A DNA stretch of 64,000 nt, the filler included, from Streblomastix strix (Eukaryota), in NCBI GenBank assembly GCA_008636045.1. It is 3 parts of 3 records of this genome, joined end to end, with 100 filler letters (N's around TTAATTAATTAA, not from the genome) between each part and the next. Parts side by side here need not be neighbours in the genome. Positions count along the whole stretch, not along the records: positions 1 to 21,788 come from SNRW01000353.1; positions 21,889 to 43,663 come from SNRW01000354.1; 1 more part is not named here. One strand, written 5' to 3'. Made by a program: the position numbers and the translations under genes. Position 1 is the first letter of the stretch, and each line of letters begins with the position of its first letter. The notes under the pieces were generated by a model. It worked only from the letters and a program-made list of their open reading frames with translations, was not told the origin of the DNA and made no database searches. Positions 10,756 through 23,317 of this stretch are shown here, one piece after another.

Positions 10756-13029
10756 TATCCAATTAAATCTTCTTCTGCTAAACCAATGGTTCAACATTCT
10801 AATTAATCAAATAATTATAAAGTTTTTAATTATTAAAATTAATAACAACAATAAATTCTTCCTGAAATGAATATTTTATTAAGAAACGAAGATTTATTTG
10901 TTGATCACCATAAATTTTCGAATGATGAATTAAATACAAATGCAAATACAAATTAAGATCAATAAGACAAAGATTAAATATAATATTAATAATAGTTAAA
11001 TAATTAATAGAAAAATCTTATAAATGATAATCAATATAAATTCGCTATAGATTCAAATCATAACAAATAATCATTTTAAAGAAGATCTACAATTGATTAA
11101 ATCCCTCCATTTGAAATTGATAATGATTCTATTTAAAGCGAAAAAATGTTTAATTTGAGTGAAAATGCAGATTAATTATATCAATTGTCATAATAATAAT
11201 CATAAACATAATTAATTCCAGGAAATCCAAAATATTAATTATAAGGATAAATGGCAGCAATTAATAAGAATATAAACAATCAAAATCTTTCATCTAATCT
11301 AATTATATCTGATGAGAACTATCTTGGCAATATTGGTTCATTTCCATCAATAATGAGCGATATTACAAATTCAACTCATAATTAATGGTTTACAGAATAT
11401 ACCCAATAAATAACTCCATCAATTGATAATATTCAAAAATAATCATAATATTCAAATAATAAAGATTTAAATAAAAGCAGCAATTAATAAAATAATCATA
11501 ATATAAAAGACAATTTCCATAGAAGTTAAAGTAATCAATAATTTGAAAATCTAAAATAACATAAAACTACGAATTAATCTTTTTATAAGAATAATCATTA
11601 AAATTCAAAGAATAATTTTAGGAAACATTAATCAGATTCAAATTTGAAACTTCAATTTAATTTAAATAATGAAGATGGAGATGATATCAATAATATTAAT
11701 TAAACTACAAATTTTCATCATTAAATAGGTTAACAAGAAAATTCAATTAATTAACACAATATTTAACATTTATCATCTTAATCTTCACTATAAACAGGAA
11801 TTAAAGATGAAAACGTGAAATTGGATAAATCAATAAGTCCTTATTCGTATATTACATAAACATGTCCATTATCTGGTTCATTTTAATATTTAAGTCCCCA
11901 TCGAACTTCAATGCAATCAGCTTCTCAAATATTTGAATTCTCTCCAAATTCCAATATATTCAACTTCAACTAAACAAATTTGATTTCTACTTCTGATCAA
12001 ATGAATATTAATCCTTCTCCAGAGATTGCTTGTATTGAAACAGATTAAAAGAAATCTGATAATATTCAACATATAATATTTTCTCCACAATTTGATAATC
12101 GTAATAAACAATCTAATAATAATAATAATAATTAAGAATAAAATGTTTCAATTGTAGAAAAATAATTGAAAAATTCATTCATTAATAAAAGAGAGAATTC
12201 CATTTATTTGGAAATAAGTATTCCCATTCCAGAACAATTTCCAATATATTCATTAGAAATTGGTAACTCTAATTAACAATTTGATTTATCCGAAGAACAA
12301 TAAAAAAAATATACTCCAGAATAACATCCAAATTAAATTAATTATAAAGAATGCAATTAAAATACAGAATTTCGCAATAAAAGATCACAATAGCAATATG
12401 CTATCTAAGATGATACATATACTATGAAAAATTCATTATGTAATTCATAATAAATCTTTTCTTCACTATTACCTAACGATAATTCATTATCTATATTATC
12501 TGATCAAAATCCATTATCTATATTATCTGATCAAAAGCCATATCTTCTAAATATTTCATTATAACAATTAGCAAATATTAATAAATAAGGAACATTTTCA
12601 TCTTAATAATGTTCAATGATGAATGATGATGCTTCTTCATTTTTAATGAAATCATTTATTCAAAATAAACCTATTACATAATTATCATTGACAAATTCAT
12701 TTATAAATTCATAAAATATATCAAAAAATAAAACATATAATGAATATAAATCTAAACAATAAAATTCATTATCGCTTTAATAATAACATAACGCTTGGAG
12801 CTTAGATGTTGATATTTAAGATTAGTAATTTTCATAATAATAATCAATGAATACAAATAATAAAGACATTGAGGTGAAGAGCTAAATTGCACAAGAATAG
12901 TTAAATAATCAAACAAATTAAATAAACATTTCAATAAATCAGTAATAAATTAATGTGGATGAAAAGACAAATTCGTTTTAAGATGATAATAATAATAATA
13001 ATAAATGTTAATGTTGCATTATTCTTTGA
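10756..13029 (+). CDS. C-terminal low-complexity tail of a CK1/TTBK-like kinase paralog (5' part lost at the chimeric junction), ending in CaaX
   Basis: Collinear with the minus-strand gene at 50841-53175. The Q/N/S-rich frame ends KCQCCIIL-TGA (13027-13029). Confidence 0.7.
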
Positions 13030-14724
13030 ATTTATTTTGAAGAATATTATTATATTATTATTATAATTTGTTGATATTAAATAATTTTCAATTTTATTTA
13101 CTTTAATCTTGTAATATTAATATTTTATTTGACAAATCATCTAGTTAATATTTTTCGGGTTTTATATAATTTAACTGTAGAATTTGTATTTTATTTAAGA
13201 AATATTTTCAAATTTTTAAATTTTTTGTAAATATAATTTCTTCTTTAACTTTTGTTTCACAATCGTTAATCTCAAAATTATCTTCTCATTTATTTCCACT
13301 ATCATTTAATTTTTAATATTAAATTCATTATTTATTTGTATTGTTAATAATTGTAAAATACTAATAATTTTTTTTTTTAAATTTTTATTATTTTTAAATC
13401 ATCGTCTTATTTATAAGAAAATTTTGTTCTTTTGTATCTCAAAGACTTTTATATTTATCAAATTAATTATTAAAGTTAAATGTCAACAACTTTAATCATA
13501 TTTTATTTCCGTATTTATCATAAATGTAAATACGAATTAATTTTATTTAAATCATTTCTAAATCCTTTTTTAATAAATAAAATTTTGCGGTAAGAAATTT
13601 CAATCTGGATCATATTGATAATGATTTAATTGTTTTATTACGAACAAGCTAAACTACTGATCTTAAACATGCATCAAGGTCGCTGATTATTGTTAAAGGA
13701 GATAATTCAAAATAAAAATTATCTTAAATAACATCCTATAATCACAAAATGGGGTAGTGATAGACATCCTTATCTTTCCCAAACGAATTGGAAATATTCT
13801 CATAGTTACTGCTGCTATTAATACATTTGATGCGATTTGTGCGAGTTTTGATTTTTCTTCTGAATTGTTTTGAAATTTAGATTTTGATAAAAATTTTGAT
13901 ACAATTTTAGTCTTATTTGTTATATTTCAAATATCAACTGATGCAAGAATTTTGCACATCAGCTATAAATATATACAGCTAATAAAATATTCAAGCAGGA
14001 TCATATTACTTATTTCAGTATTGATTCTATTATGAAGTGTAAATAAGACTAGTGATTACAAATTACAATTTAAAGCTCAAAAAATGCTAGTGAAAATTAA
14101 ATATAATAAGTGATAGGAATCAAAGCAATATACAACTTTGCTGTCTATATTCATCTAAACATTTTTGCATTCAATTCTCGAATGAATTTTTCATCTTTCA
14201 ATCAAAATAGCAATACAAGAATTGGAAGTACAACAACTGCTGAAATCATTAAAGACCTATTCTTATTGATCCTGAAGATCCAAGAATAACAGCCTTATCT
14301 TTTTCGCATTTCGCTTTCGTGTAACTTCCTGAAACTACTTCTGGACATTTACATTCAGAAGATGGTTGTATCAATCCATTGAAATCTAGAGCAAGTTTTT
14401 ATTAATGAAACTGGCAACGTTAGTGATAAAAGGGCCCAGTCAACTAGCTCAAATGATTCGCGAAGTGTTTAAATATAGTGGTTCGTAACAGTAAAACTAA
14501 TATTAATAAAATTAATTCAAATAATGGAAATAACAAAATTGTTCTTCGAAAATTTTCTTTCTTTTTACTTTATATGACTGGCTTACAGACATGCTCTAGA
14601 TCATTCTAATAAATAGGTCACCAAAGATTAACAATAAAAATAACGTTAGTTAAAATAAAATCAAAATAATAACATATTAAAAACATAATCAAAAGAAACA
14701 ATGATTAAAAATAACTAATAAATA

Positions 14725-17700
14725 TGAGCTGCACCAGAGAGCACTAATTCTGCCGCGCTATTTGTACCCATAATCTGCACTTCCCGTAACAATTTGATCA
14801 ATATGATATATAGTATAATCCGGTTAATTCGCACACCGGTTAATTAGCACCATATGTATAATTCGCACTATTATATTATTTGAGGAAATCTCACTGTTTC
14901 TCTATTAATTTCTTATAGATAATTCGCACAAAAATTTTATAATTCGCACTTAAAACATAATAAATTTAGAAAAATAATTTTTGTATCTTAAATTAATTAT
15001 AAAAAATTTTAATATTTAATGTAAATATTTAAAGTTTATTATAATAAATTACAGTTCATACAATTTCTTACATAAAATTTTCAAAAATACAAAGATTTTT
15101 TTAATTTTAAAAAAAAAATCGAAAAAATAGTTATTTTTTTGAAATTTAAAAAAAATTCTTTGATTTTTTTACTTATAAAATTGCGAATTAAGTTAATTCG
15201 CACTAGCATTTTTTTCGCCAACGATTGTGCGAATTAGCCGGATTTTACTGTATTTTTTTTACAACAGACAACTGTTTTATTCACGCTATTTATACCCATA
15301 AACCTTATGACAAAATGAGTACAATTCATCAATGTGATGTACATATGATGCGGCATAGATGCTAATCAAATATCTTTGGTACATTCATCATCAAAAATAA
15401 TCCAACATCACTCAATTAAGTAATGATCTGCACTTACTCCATACATAAATGGTGCACAAAATCCGATAGATAACACAACCATTTTATTATGAACTACTGT
15501 GAGCGCTGATTTTTCCATACTTATCATTGACATTACATACATTTTCGTCTATAAACTATTTGTTGTAACATTGATATTTCACCCATCATTCAAGCGTTTA
15601 ATGTAGTCATTAGTTGTGAGATTAGCCTTCTTTTCACTAACTCTTTTCATCCTATTCACCAATGAAACTATGTCATCATTTTATTCATTTCTGTTACATA
15701 AACTATAGCTTTTACGTGCAAGACAAACGATATTTTCACCTTATGATTCAGTAGTTATACCTATTAATTTCTTCTCTTAAGCAACAGTACAATCATTCCA
15801 TGGAAACCACTCTTTATAGTGTTAGTCAAAGAACCTCTAGTCTTTAATCACATACTTCAATCCGTATTTGTAACTTTCAATTAATGATTCTACAATAGCT
15901 AAATACATTGAGTCAATATCCAAATTACAGAACAGAACACTATCCATACAAATATATTAATAGAGGAAGTTATTTACAAAATTTAGATACCAGAATTTGC
16001 TATTGTCTAATGTAAATACCGCTTCTTGAAGAGGCTTATTACACTTAAATTGTTTAGGTGATTCACTAACCATATATTATGCCTCTTCAATAACTTCACC
16101 ATCAGAATTGTATATATTATCACTTATTTTCCTTATTGCTTTATGGCACTATTTTAATTATTTGATTGATGCAAGTCTAGCATTGTCAAAGGATATCTTA
16201 TCAAATTTAGCATTATTTTACCCCTCACCACCAAAAGCATTATTTAGAATTTGTTTGTAGTGAAGTGATTTTGTCCTAACTCAGTTAGCGTCATAAATGC
16301 TATCATTATATTTGCTAATTGCGTTATATCTTTTACTCATCATTGTACATACAAATGATTCAAATCCTAAGTGTCAGTCATTTAGTGCAATTGAATCAAT
16401 ATCATCAAAAATAAAATTACAATAATCAATCAAGAACCATAAAATATAACTAGTGAAGCACATAAATTGATTGTGTGTTGATAACAATGATGTTAGTTTT
16501 GTAGTTGATTTGTCAACAATCGGACTCTATGATTTCATCTTATTGTACATAAATTCACCTATCTGTTCTACGGAATTGTTATATGTTAATTTTCTCCATA
16601 TTGGTATTAAATTTATGTGTGAATTAATGTGTTTTTCATTAATGTGACCTTTAATTTTGAAACAGAATAGTTATCCTTTATCAGTGGATCTATCAACACT
16701 CATAATTATATCATAAACTTTCTATTTCGAGCTATTAGATGTACATTTGAAGTAATTAGTCAATCCACCAGATTGATATATTCTATGATTAGTAAAAGGG
16801 TTATTTTTGTTGAATATACCACTAAATACACTTAGATAGAAAGAGTTGAAATCTAAGTCAAGTATATAAGCAATTGTATGTAAGGTGTCATATGATGTTT
16901 TTGTTTTAGTTACATGATTATAAATAAGTACATTAATGTGCGTGATTCCTTTTAAACTATAATTAATGATACACATTAGATATGCAACCTTACATACATT
17001 CCTTTTCCATATTATATATAGATTCATTATTAATTGTCATAGGTAAATGTTCTTGAATAGCATATTGCATAAATTGTATTTTTAATTTACTAATATTAAT
17101 ATCTTTGTCAGCCTTAACTGTATTACATATTTGACATGATAGTTGACAATTCTACTTTGTATGACCAATTGAATTATCTATTCTGTCTAATGTGGGTTTG
17201 TATTCTTTAGTGAATTTATTATGACATAGATTACATGTTTTACTAACTACCTTATCTCTAATATAATCAATATCATCTTCGGTAACATTATTAGTAGTAT
17301 CTCTTTTTGCATAACGGTCTTGGGAAACATATCCCTTATCTTTGTTACGCCACCAGTATTAAGTAACTTCGAATTATTCAAACCCAATAACTATATTATA
17401 ACTTGCATTGATATCGAACTTATCATAGCAGTACTAGTATTTAATTTATCTAGCAATTTGTGCAAATGATATGCAACCTAACATATCAACTTTCTCTTTC
17501 CACGTAATTTGAATTAGATGATTGATAGAGTTGATCATATATGTAACATCCCTGATATTATAGTGCATTATATACTCCCATCTATCAGTAAAATTGATTG
17601 AATCATTAATATACTGTTCATAATCTTCTTCTTTAATATTCTTATTATTACGTTTATCATAGAAATCTTTCTTAACAAACGGTGTTGATTATCCTATTAT

Positions 17701-19364
17701 TAATTGATAGTTATCACAATTGAATGATCCATGTGGAAATATACCCAATGTTAATTTTACACTATTAGTTCCAAATTTCTCAACGAACTTTTTTAATGTA
17801 TTGTTTAGTGGAATGACAGATAATACATCAATAAATCTCAAATCAAAATTATAATCTTAATGCGATACAATTGTCTATTTAGCTTGAGTTGTTGATCCCA
17901 TATATTAAATTTTAGTCATATTTTTAATTAGGTGTTTGAATAACAAATTCATATCAAATTTCTTAGAACTGAATCCTATAACTGATACTTTAGGCTTATA
18001 TGGTTCATAATGTTTATTTTCAATTGTAACATCTGGTATGTTTGATTAATTATCTTCATTAACTTTAATAGCAACTTCAAACAATTAACTTATCCATTAT
18101 TCTATAAATTCAGTTCCATTTCGTAAATCAAAATATAGCGTAGTAATTTAATCATTTATTGTTGCAGCTGATGCTACAGATAATGGTTCTAATTAAGCAA
18201 TAAAATTATCTACATTAATTATGTTCTCTATTGTCTCAAAATCAAATGTAATATAATTAAGTATAAGTGTTAACAATTCCTATTAGCCTGTTGCTATTAA
18301 TTTCTAAAGTAGCTTATCATTTGATATATATGGATAATATTGCTTTGGCAAATGATCAAATCTAACTTACTTAGCTGATTGTAGCCCCTAGCAATACTTC
18401 AAATGCCTTGCAAGATCACGCCTGTAATATTAATTCTTAGTACTAAATATTTTCTAACAATTGCAGGGGCAAAGTTTTCTATTAATTACTTTATCAATGT
18501 CACTAATATACATTGCATGGATTTCATCAATAAATGACAATGGAACTAATAATACGTTAACAGTTTGAAAATCTTTGTCAATAATATGTTCATCAAATTT
18601 ACTGAATCATTCAGGTTAATCTTATCTTGTTTTCATCGCTTTATCATCACATATATATGTTATTACGTTACGCTTGAATATCGATTGATATCGTTCTAGA
18701 TCCGTTACATAATTGAAATCATTAAATTGTTCGAGTAATTATTTATTAGCTTTATTTAATCTGCTGCTTGGGTTAATGTCATGGAATTAGTGAAACAGTT
18801 TAATAGCATCATTAATTCTACTTTTATTATTATCAATTTTAGTAATTTATTTCATATTATTTAAACATACAGTCCCATAACATTATGCTAATTAATATAC
18901 ATATTTATGAAGTACGTAGTAATATAGACTGTACATAGAAGTAAGTGATATAATTAATCAATCAGACGGTGAAGAAATTGGAGGTTGAAATTGTTAAATT
19001 TTTTCATTAATTTTGAAAATATGACTTTTATTTTTCAAATAATTTTGTATAATTTTATGCATTTTTTTTATTAATTCATATTATTTGTGCATGATATTGA
19101 TGGATTGTGTTCATTTTGTCATAGTGTTTATGGGTATAAATAGCGTGAATAAAATAGTTGTCTGTTGTAAAATATATATATATCATATTGATTAAATTGT
19201 CACCAGACATGGAGATTATGGGGATTTGGAAGTATAGTCACCAGCTGTGGAAATTATGGGTACAATTATCACGGCTAAATTAGGCCTTTGTGTTGATAGT
19301 AATTTGGTGCGGAGATTATGGGTACAAATAGCGTGGCAGAATTAGTGCTCTCTGATACAGCCCA
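14725..19364 (-). mobile_element. Mirror copy of the Polinton-like element (pPolB 15408-~18940, MITE 14811-15250)
   Basis: Reverse complement of 2425-7064. Confidence 0.8.
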
Positions 19365-19393
19365 TATATATTATTTCCATATACTTCTAGTGT

Positions 19394-21727
19394 TTTTTAT
19401 TAAAAAGATTATGTCTTTTGAAAGTTGCTAATATTTCTCTTATTACATCATTATAGGTCTTATCATAAAACTTTGCCACTGTATTCGGCCCTTTCTTATG
19501 CCTTATCATTCGATTAATCTTTTATTTCACCGCTCCCATTTTAACCTGCTTAATTACTGATAAAGCTCTTATTGATGGAACCGAATATGTCATCTATATT
19601 TCTGCAAGTTTCATTATTTCATACACTGCTTTTGAGACATATTCAACCGAAGTCACTCTCTTTGTCTTCATGAGATACCAAAGATTCTCTGCTTTTATTC
19701 TCTTTTAATTGCTATTAATCCACGCTGTTAACCAAAAAGATGGTGAAGTGATAATTACCATATTCCATTATCGCATTTTATCGCCTCTGATATCAACACC
19801 TCTGCCAACCGAAGCACTGAGAATATCACTGTTGAAACAATAGTGCATTTTATCATAGATTTCTCTGATATTTGTCCAATATTTCTTGCTTACTTGTCAA
19901 GCATCTAGAGTAAGTCATCAAAATTGTTGATTGATTCTTCTTTTTGTGTCTTTTTCAGCGCTGCTCTAAATTTTATCATAATTAACTATAGCATTTTCCC
20001 TTAATTCTATAAGTTTTTTCGTCCAGATACCTTAAACAATAATGTTAGTGCAGCTTCACTTTCAACGATATTGTTTGCTGATGCTTTATTCTACATCAAA
20101 TATATAACATAATTGATTATTTCTGTTTCAGGATCCTTATGTGATATCAAATCTTGTAATGAAACTCCTATTCCTTTCCAGTAATCAATGAACTATCCGA
20201 TCCTCTATCTGTGCCTCCTCCAGGCAGTGAGCCAACCTTAGACTGAACTGTTAATGGCATCATCACTTAGCCCTCTTAATCGAGCTTGTTCGAAGAATAT
20301 TTCTTCTCCTTTTTCCCCTTGGACTTTTCTACTAAGAAATCTTCTGATTGGAGATACCGTCTTTATTTTCTCATGCAACCGCCTAGGACTAGCACTTTTG
20401 CACATTTTCCCACATGAACTTGACTAACTAGAACGCTCCGGAACGCAGACGACCAATCTTGTGCTTCTCAAATAGGAATTATGATTACACCTTCTACTTA
20501 ATTTTTCATTATTTTATTTAATACTCTTTAAATCAATATTATTGATGGATGCAACAACAGCGTTTCTCTCTTCCAATTTAGCTTCAACCGTCCTTCTTTA
20601 ACGCCAAGCAATCTTCCATCAAACAACAAAACTTCCAATATTTTCTGTTTCGCCAGTTTGCAAAGACATCCACAGTCGGCCTAACATCCGGACACCTCAG
20701 AGTATCTTCTAAAATCTCTTATCTTAAATCGTAATCCCCACTCGTGGACAATCGTGACAACGCGTCTGCATCTTGATTACTTTTTCCGGGAATATGAAGC
20801 ACCGATATCTATATTTGCATTAATTCTACCTTCTCTAGTATCATGTTTATAAATGAAACTAATGCTTGAACAGCTGCACCTCGATTCTGCTTAAACACCA
20901 CGCTCGAATTACAATAGTTTGTAAACACGTGAAAATTATAATTACGTGAATAATAAAAAATAAATTTCAAATTATTTTCTAAAAACTGTCAAAATATATA
21001 CATATTCAATATATAATTTCACAAAAAAATATTTAAATTATTGGAAAAAAATCTTAATTAAATTTTTATTGCTAAAAATTTAAATTATTTAAGTTTTTAT
21101 ATATTTAAATAAAAATTTTTAAATTTTCATATTAAAATTAAAAATAATTTTTTTGCGGGTAAAATTTTTAATATATACTTTTTTTGAAATTAATTTATAG
21201 ATATGTTGAAAACTAAGATAGTTTTCATAGAATTATTAAATTTTTTTTTTATTGTTCACACGTTTACAATTTTCACACGTTTACAACACATTGTACCTGT
21301 TTATATTCGAAAGCTGCGGATTTTGTAACTTATGAGTTCCTTCTCCATCCTACCTAAGGCAAGACATATCGTGGTTGTCTCTCTTTAATTGGACGAGGTC
21401 AGTCTCCACCGAGGGGTCCAAGCTTCCGACAGTTTAATCTCTCTTCCTGTGTTTATTATTTCTAATGTGGCGCCGCATTATTCTATGCTTGCGTCGGTAG
21501 TTAGTACCCCTTCGGGTGGTGTGTTTCTCAGAGGAACTGGATGATTAATAGCAATTGATTTATTGCACCATCTCAAATATGTCAGAACACTTCTGTTAAT
21601 CCACATATAACTATTCCAGTTTTTGCATTTAATGCTTAAATCTTATATTTATTTTTCTCATATGCAAGCGTCCTATCTTTATCAATATCATTAGCAAATT
21701 CAATTTTCCTATCAATGAGGCCAACCG
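19394..21727 (-). mobile_element. Mirror copy of the DIRS element (MITE 20912-21293)
   Basis: Reverse complement of 62-2395. Confidence 0.85.
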
Positions 21728-21788
21728 CGATATGTCTTGCCTTAGGTAGGATGGAGAAGGAACTCATAAGTTACAAAATCCGCAGCTT

Positions 21789-21888
21789 NNNNNNNNNNNN
21801 NNNNNNNNNNNNNNNNNNNNNNNNNNNNNNNNTTAATTAATTAANNNNNNNNNNNNNNNNNNNNNNNNNNNNNNNNNNNNNNNNNNNN
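21789..21888. other. Artificial contig spacer
   Basis: 100 nt of N flanking TTAATTAATTAA. Confidence 0.99.
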
Positions 21889-22255
21889 TCTAATCATTCT
21901 TATAAACCCATATTGTTTTTTCTCCTTCAGCCCAGGAACCGACAAATTTTACGTATTTTGGGTGAACTAATTTTTTCAGCTTATCTATCTCTTCATAGAT
22001 TTCTAAAGCATCAGTTGGATCTTCAATATACATCTTCTTTAATATGCAGAGTTCATTGGTCGGTTTGTAAGTTGCACGGGCAATTAGACCTAAATCTCTA
22101 AATGTTACAATTATTTATATTTTTTTTAAAAAAAGTAGTTCAATGATTATTTCATACGATTTATCAAGAGTTTTATGAATATCAAACAATGTGTGAGGAT
22201 CGCCTTTATCAAACAGCGTTGCGGGATCAATAACTACTTTTGCAGGCTCGGCCAT
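21889..22255 (-). CDS. STE20-like protein kinase N-lobe (first two exons, truncated by contig end), degenerate Gly-loop
   Basis: MAEPAKVVIDPATLFDKGDPHTLFDIHKTLDKS|DLGLIARATYKPTNELCILKKMYIEDPTDALEIYEEIDKLKKLVHPKYVKFVGSWAEGEKTIW, with a GT-AG intron at ~22098-22157. Confidence 0.7.
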
Positions 22256-23317
22256 CAACTACTAAGAGAAAACAACAACAAAATAAAAGTAGGAAAAATT
22301 GAAAAATTACAATCTGATAGTATTATTATTAAAATATTAAGTTTGTTGATTTCGTGAGATGAATAGCAGATCTGAAGAAAATGTTTATTATTTTGCTCTA
22401 TATGACAGTAATTAACTTAATTATATAAAATTAAAATAAAATTGTGATCTGTAAAAGTTAAAAAATTGATTTTAGTTCAAAAAAATAAAAAATGTAGGAT
22501 TTATATTAATTTTGTTTAAAATATCATATATTTTTATCTAATTAAATTTATATTAATTCTAAGATTAAATTTCTGCAAAAATTGCAGAAATTTATGATCT
22601 GTGTAAAGTGAGGCGTATTTAAAATTCTCATTTTGATTTTTTGAGTTTCGCTCTAGATATGTATTTTGCATTTCTTTAAATTGAAAAACATAACAGAGTT
22701 AAAAAAACTATTATTTTTACCCAATAATGAACGCTTTTCGTTAATACCAATGTTAAATCAAATGAAATTTCATCTGGAATTTATTAGAATATTTATTTAG
22801 AAAATTAAAAATAAAAACAATAAATTTAATAACAGCTGAAAATAATAATTAAATTTTCTCTTGTTGCATAGATATTCACTCCTTGAAATATATATAAAAA
22901 TACCAATATAAAACGTTAATAATCAATATTACATAATGCAAGATTATTAATTTCATTTAAGAAATTAGAAGTTCAATAAAATTTAGTCATAGGAAAAATT
23001 TGAAAAGTATAAAATATAAATAAAATTTCATGAATAAAAAAAAGCTCATAATGTGAAGATAGTAGTACGAAATGTGTACATTCAAAAGAATAATTTTTTG
23101 TTGTTTGTTTTGGGCAATTATATCAAACTGATATATAAGTACGTTGTTCAATAAACAAGTCAACCCTAAAAAATTAAATCAGAAGAAGTTTTAAGAAGAT
23201 GAATTTTGTTGATGATTTAGTTTGAAATTATTAAGATTCTTGAAATTGATTCTAATAATTATTTCATAAAAATTATGAAAAATATTACTAAGAAGTTTAA
23301 TAGGATTATTCTGAATT

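Larger units (their letters stand above)
1..21788. repeat. Contig-wide inverted repeat (arms 1-10646 and 11143-21788, ~500-nt asymmetric spacer)
   Basis: Position x mirrors 21789-x. Identical ORFs occur on opposite strands (4762-5067+/16722-17027-, 8855-9037+/12752-12934-, 9678-9872+/11917-12111-), and no mismatch was seen at the positions checked. Confidence 0.97.

Noticed and set aside
1..21788. Palindrome as a replication intermediate generated by the encoded pPolB or recombinase
   Set aside because: Both enzymes are pseudogenised, and the fold-back points lie outside the element TIRs, within unrelated genes.
21789..21888. TTAATTAATTAA palindrome inside N runs (also 43664-43763)
   Set aside because: Identical 100-nt artificial linker between contigs, not biological.
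22566..22594. Perfect 13-bp hairpin TAAATTTCTGCAA-AAA-TTGCAGAAATTTA
   Set aside because: Single occurrence in AT-rich intergenic DNA with no supporting context.
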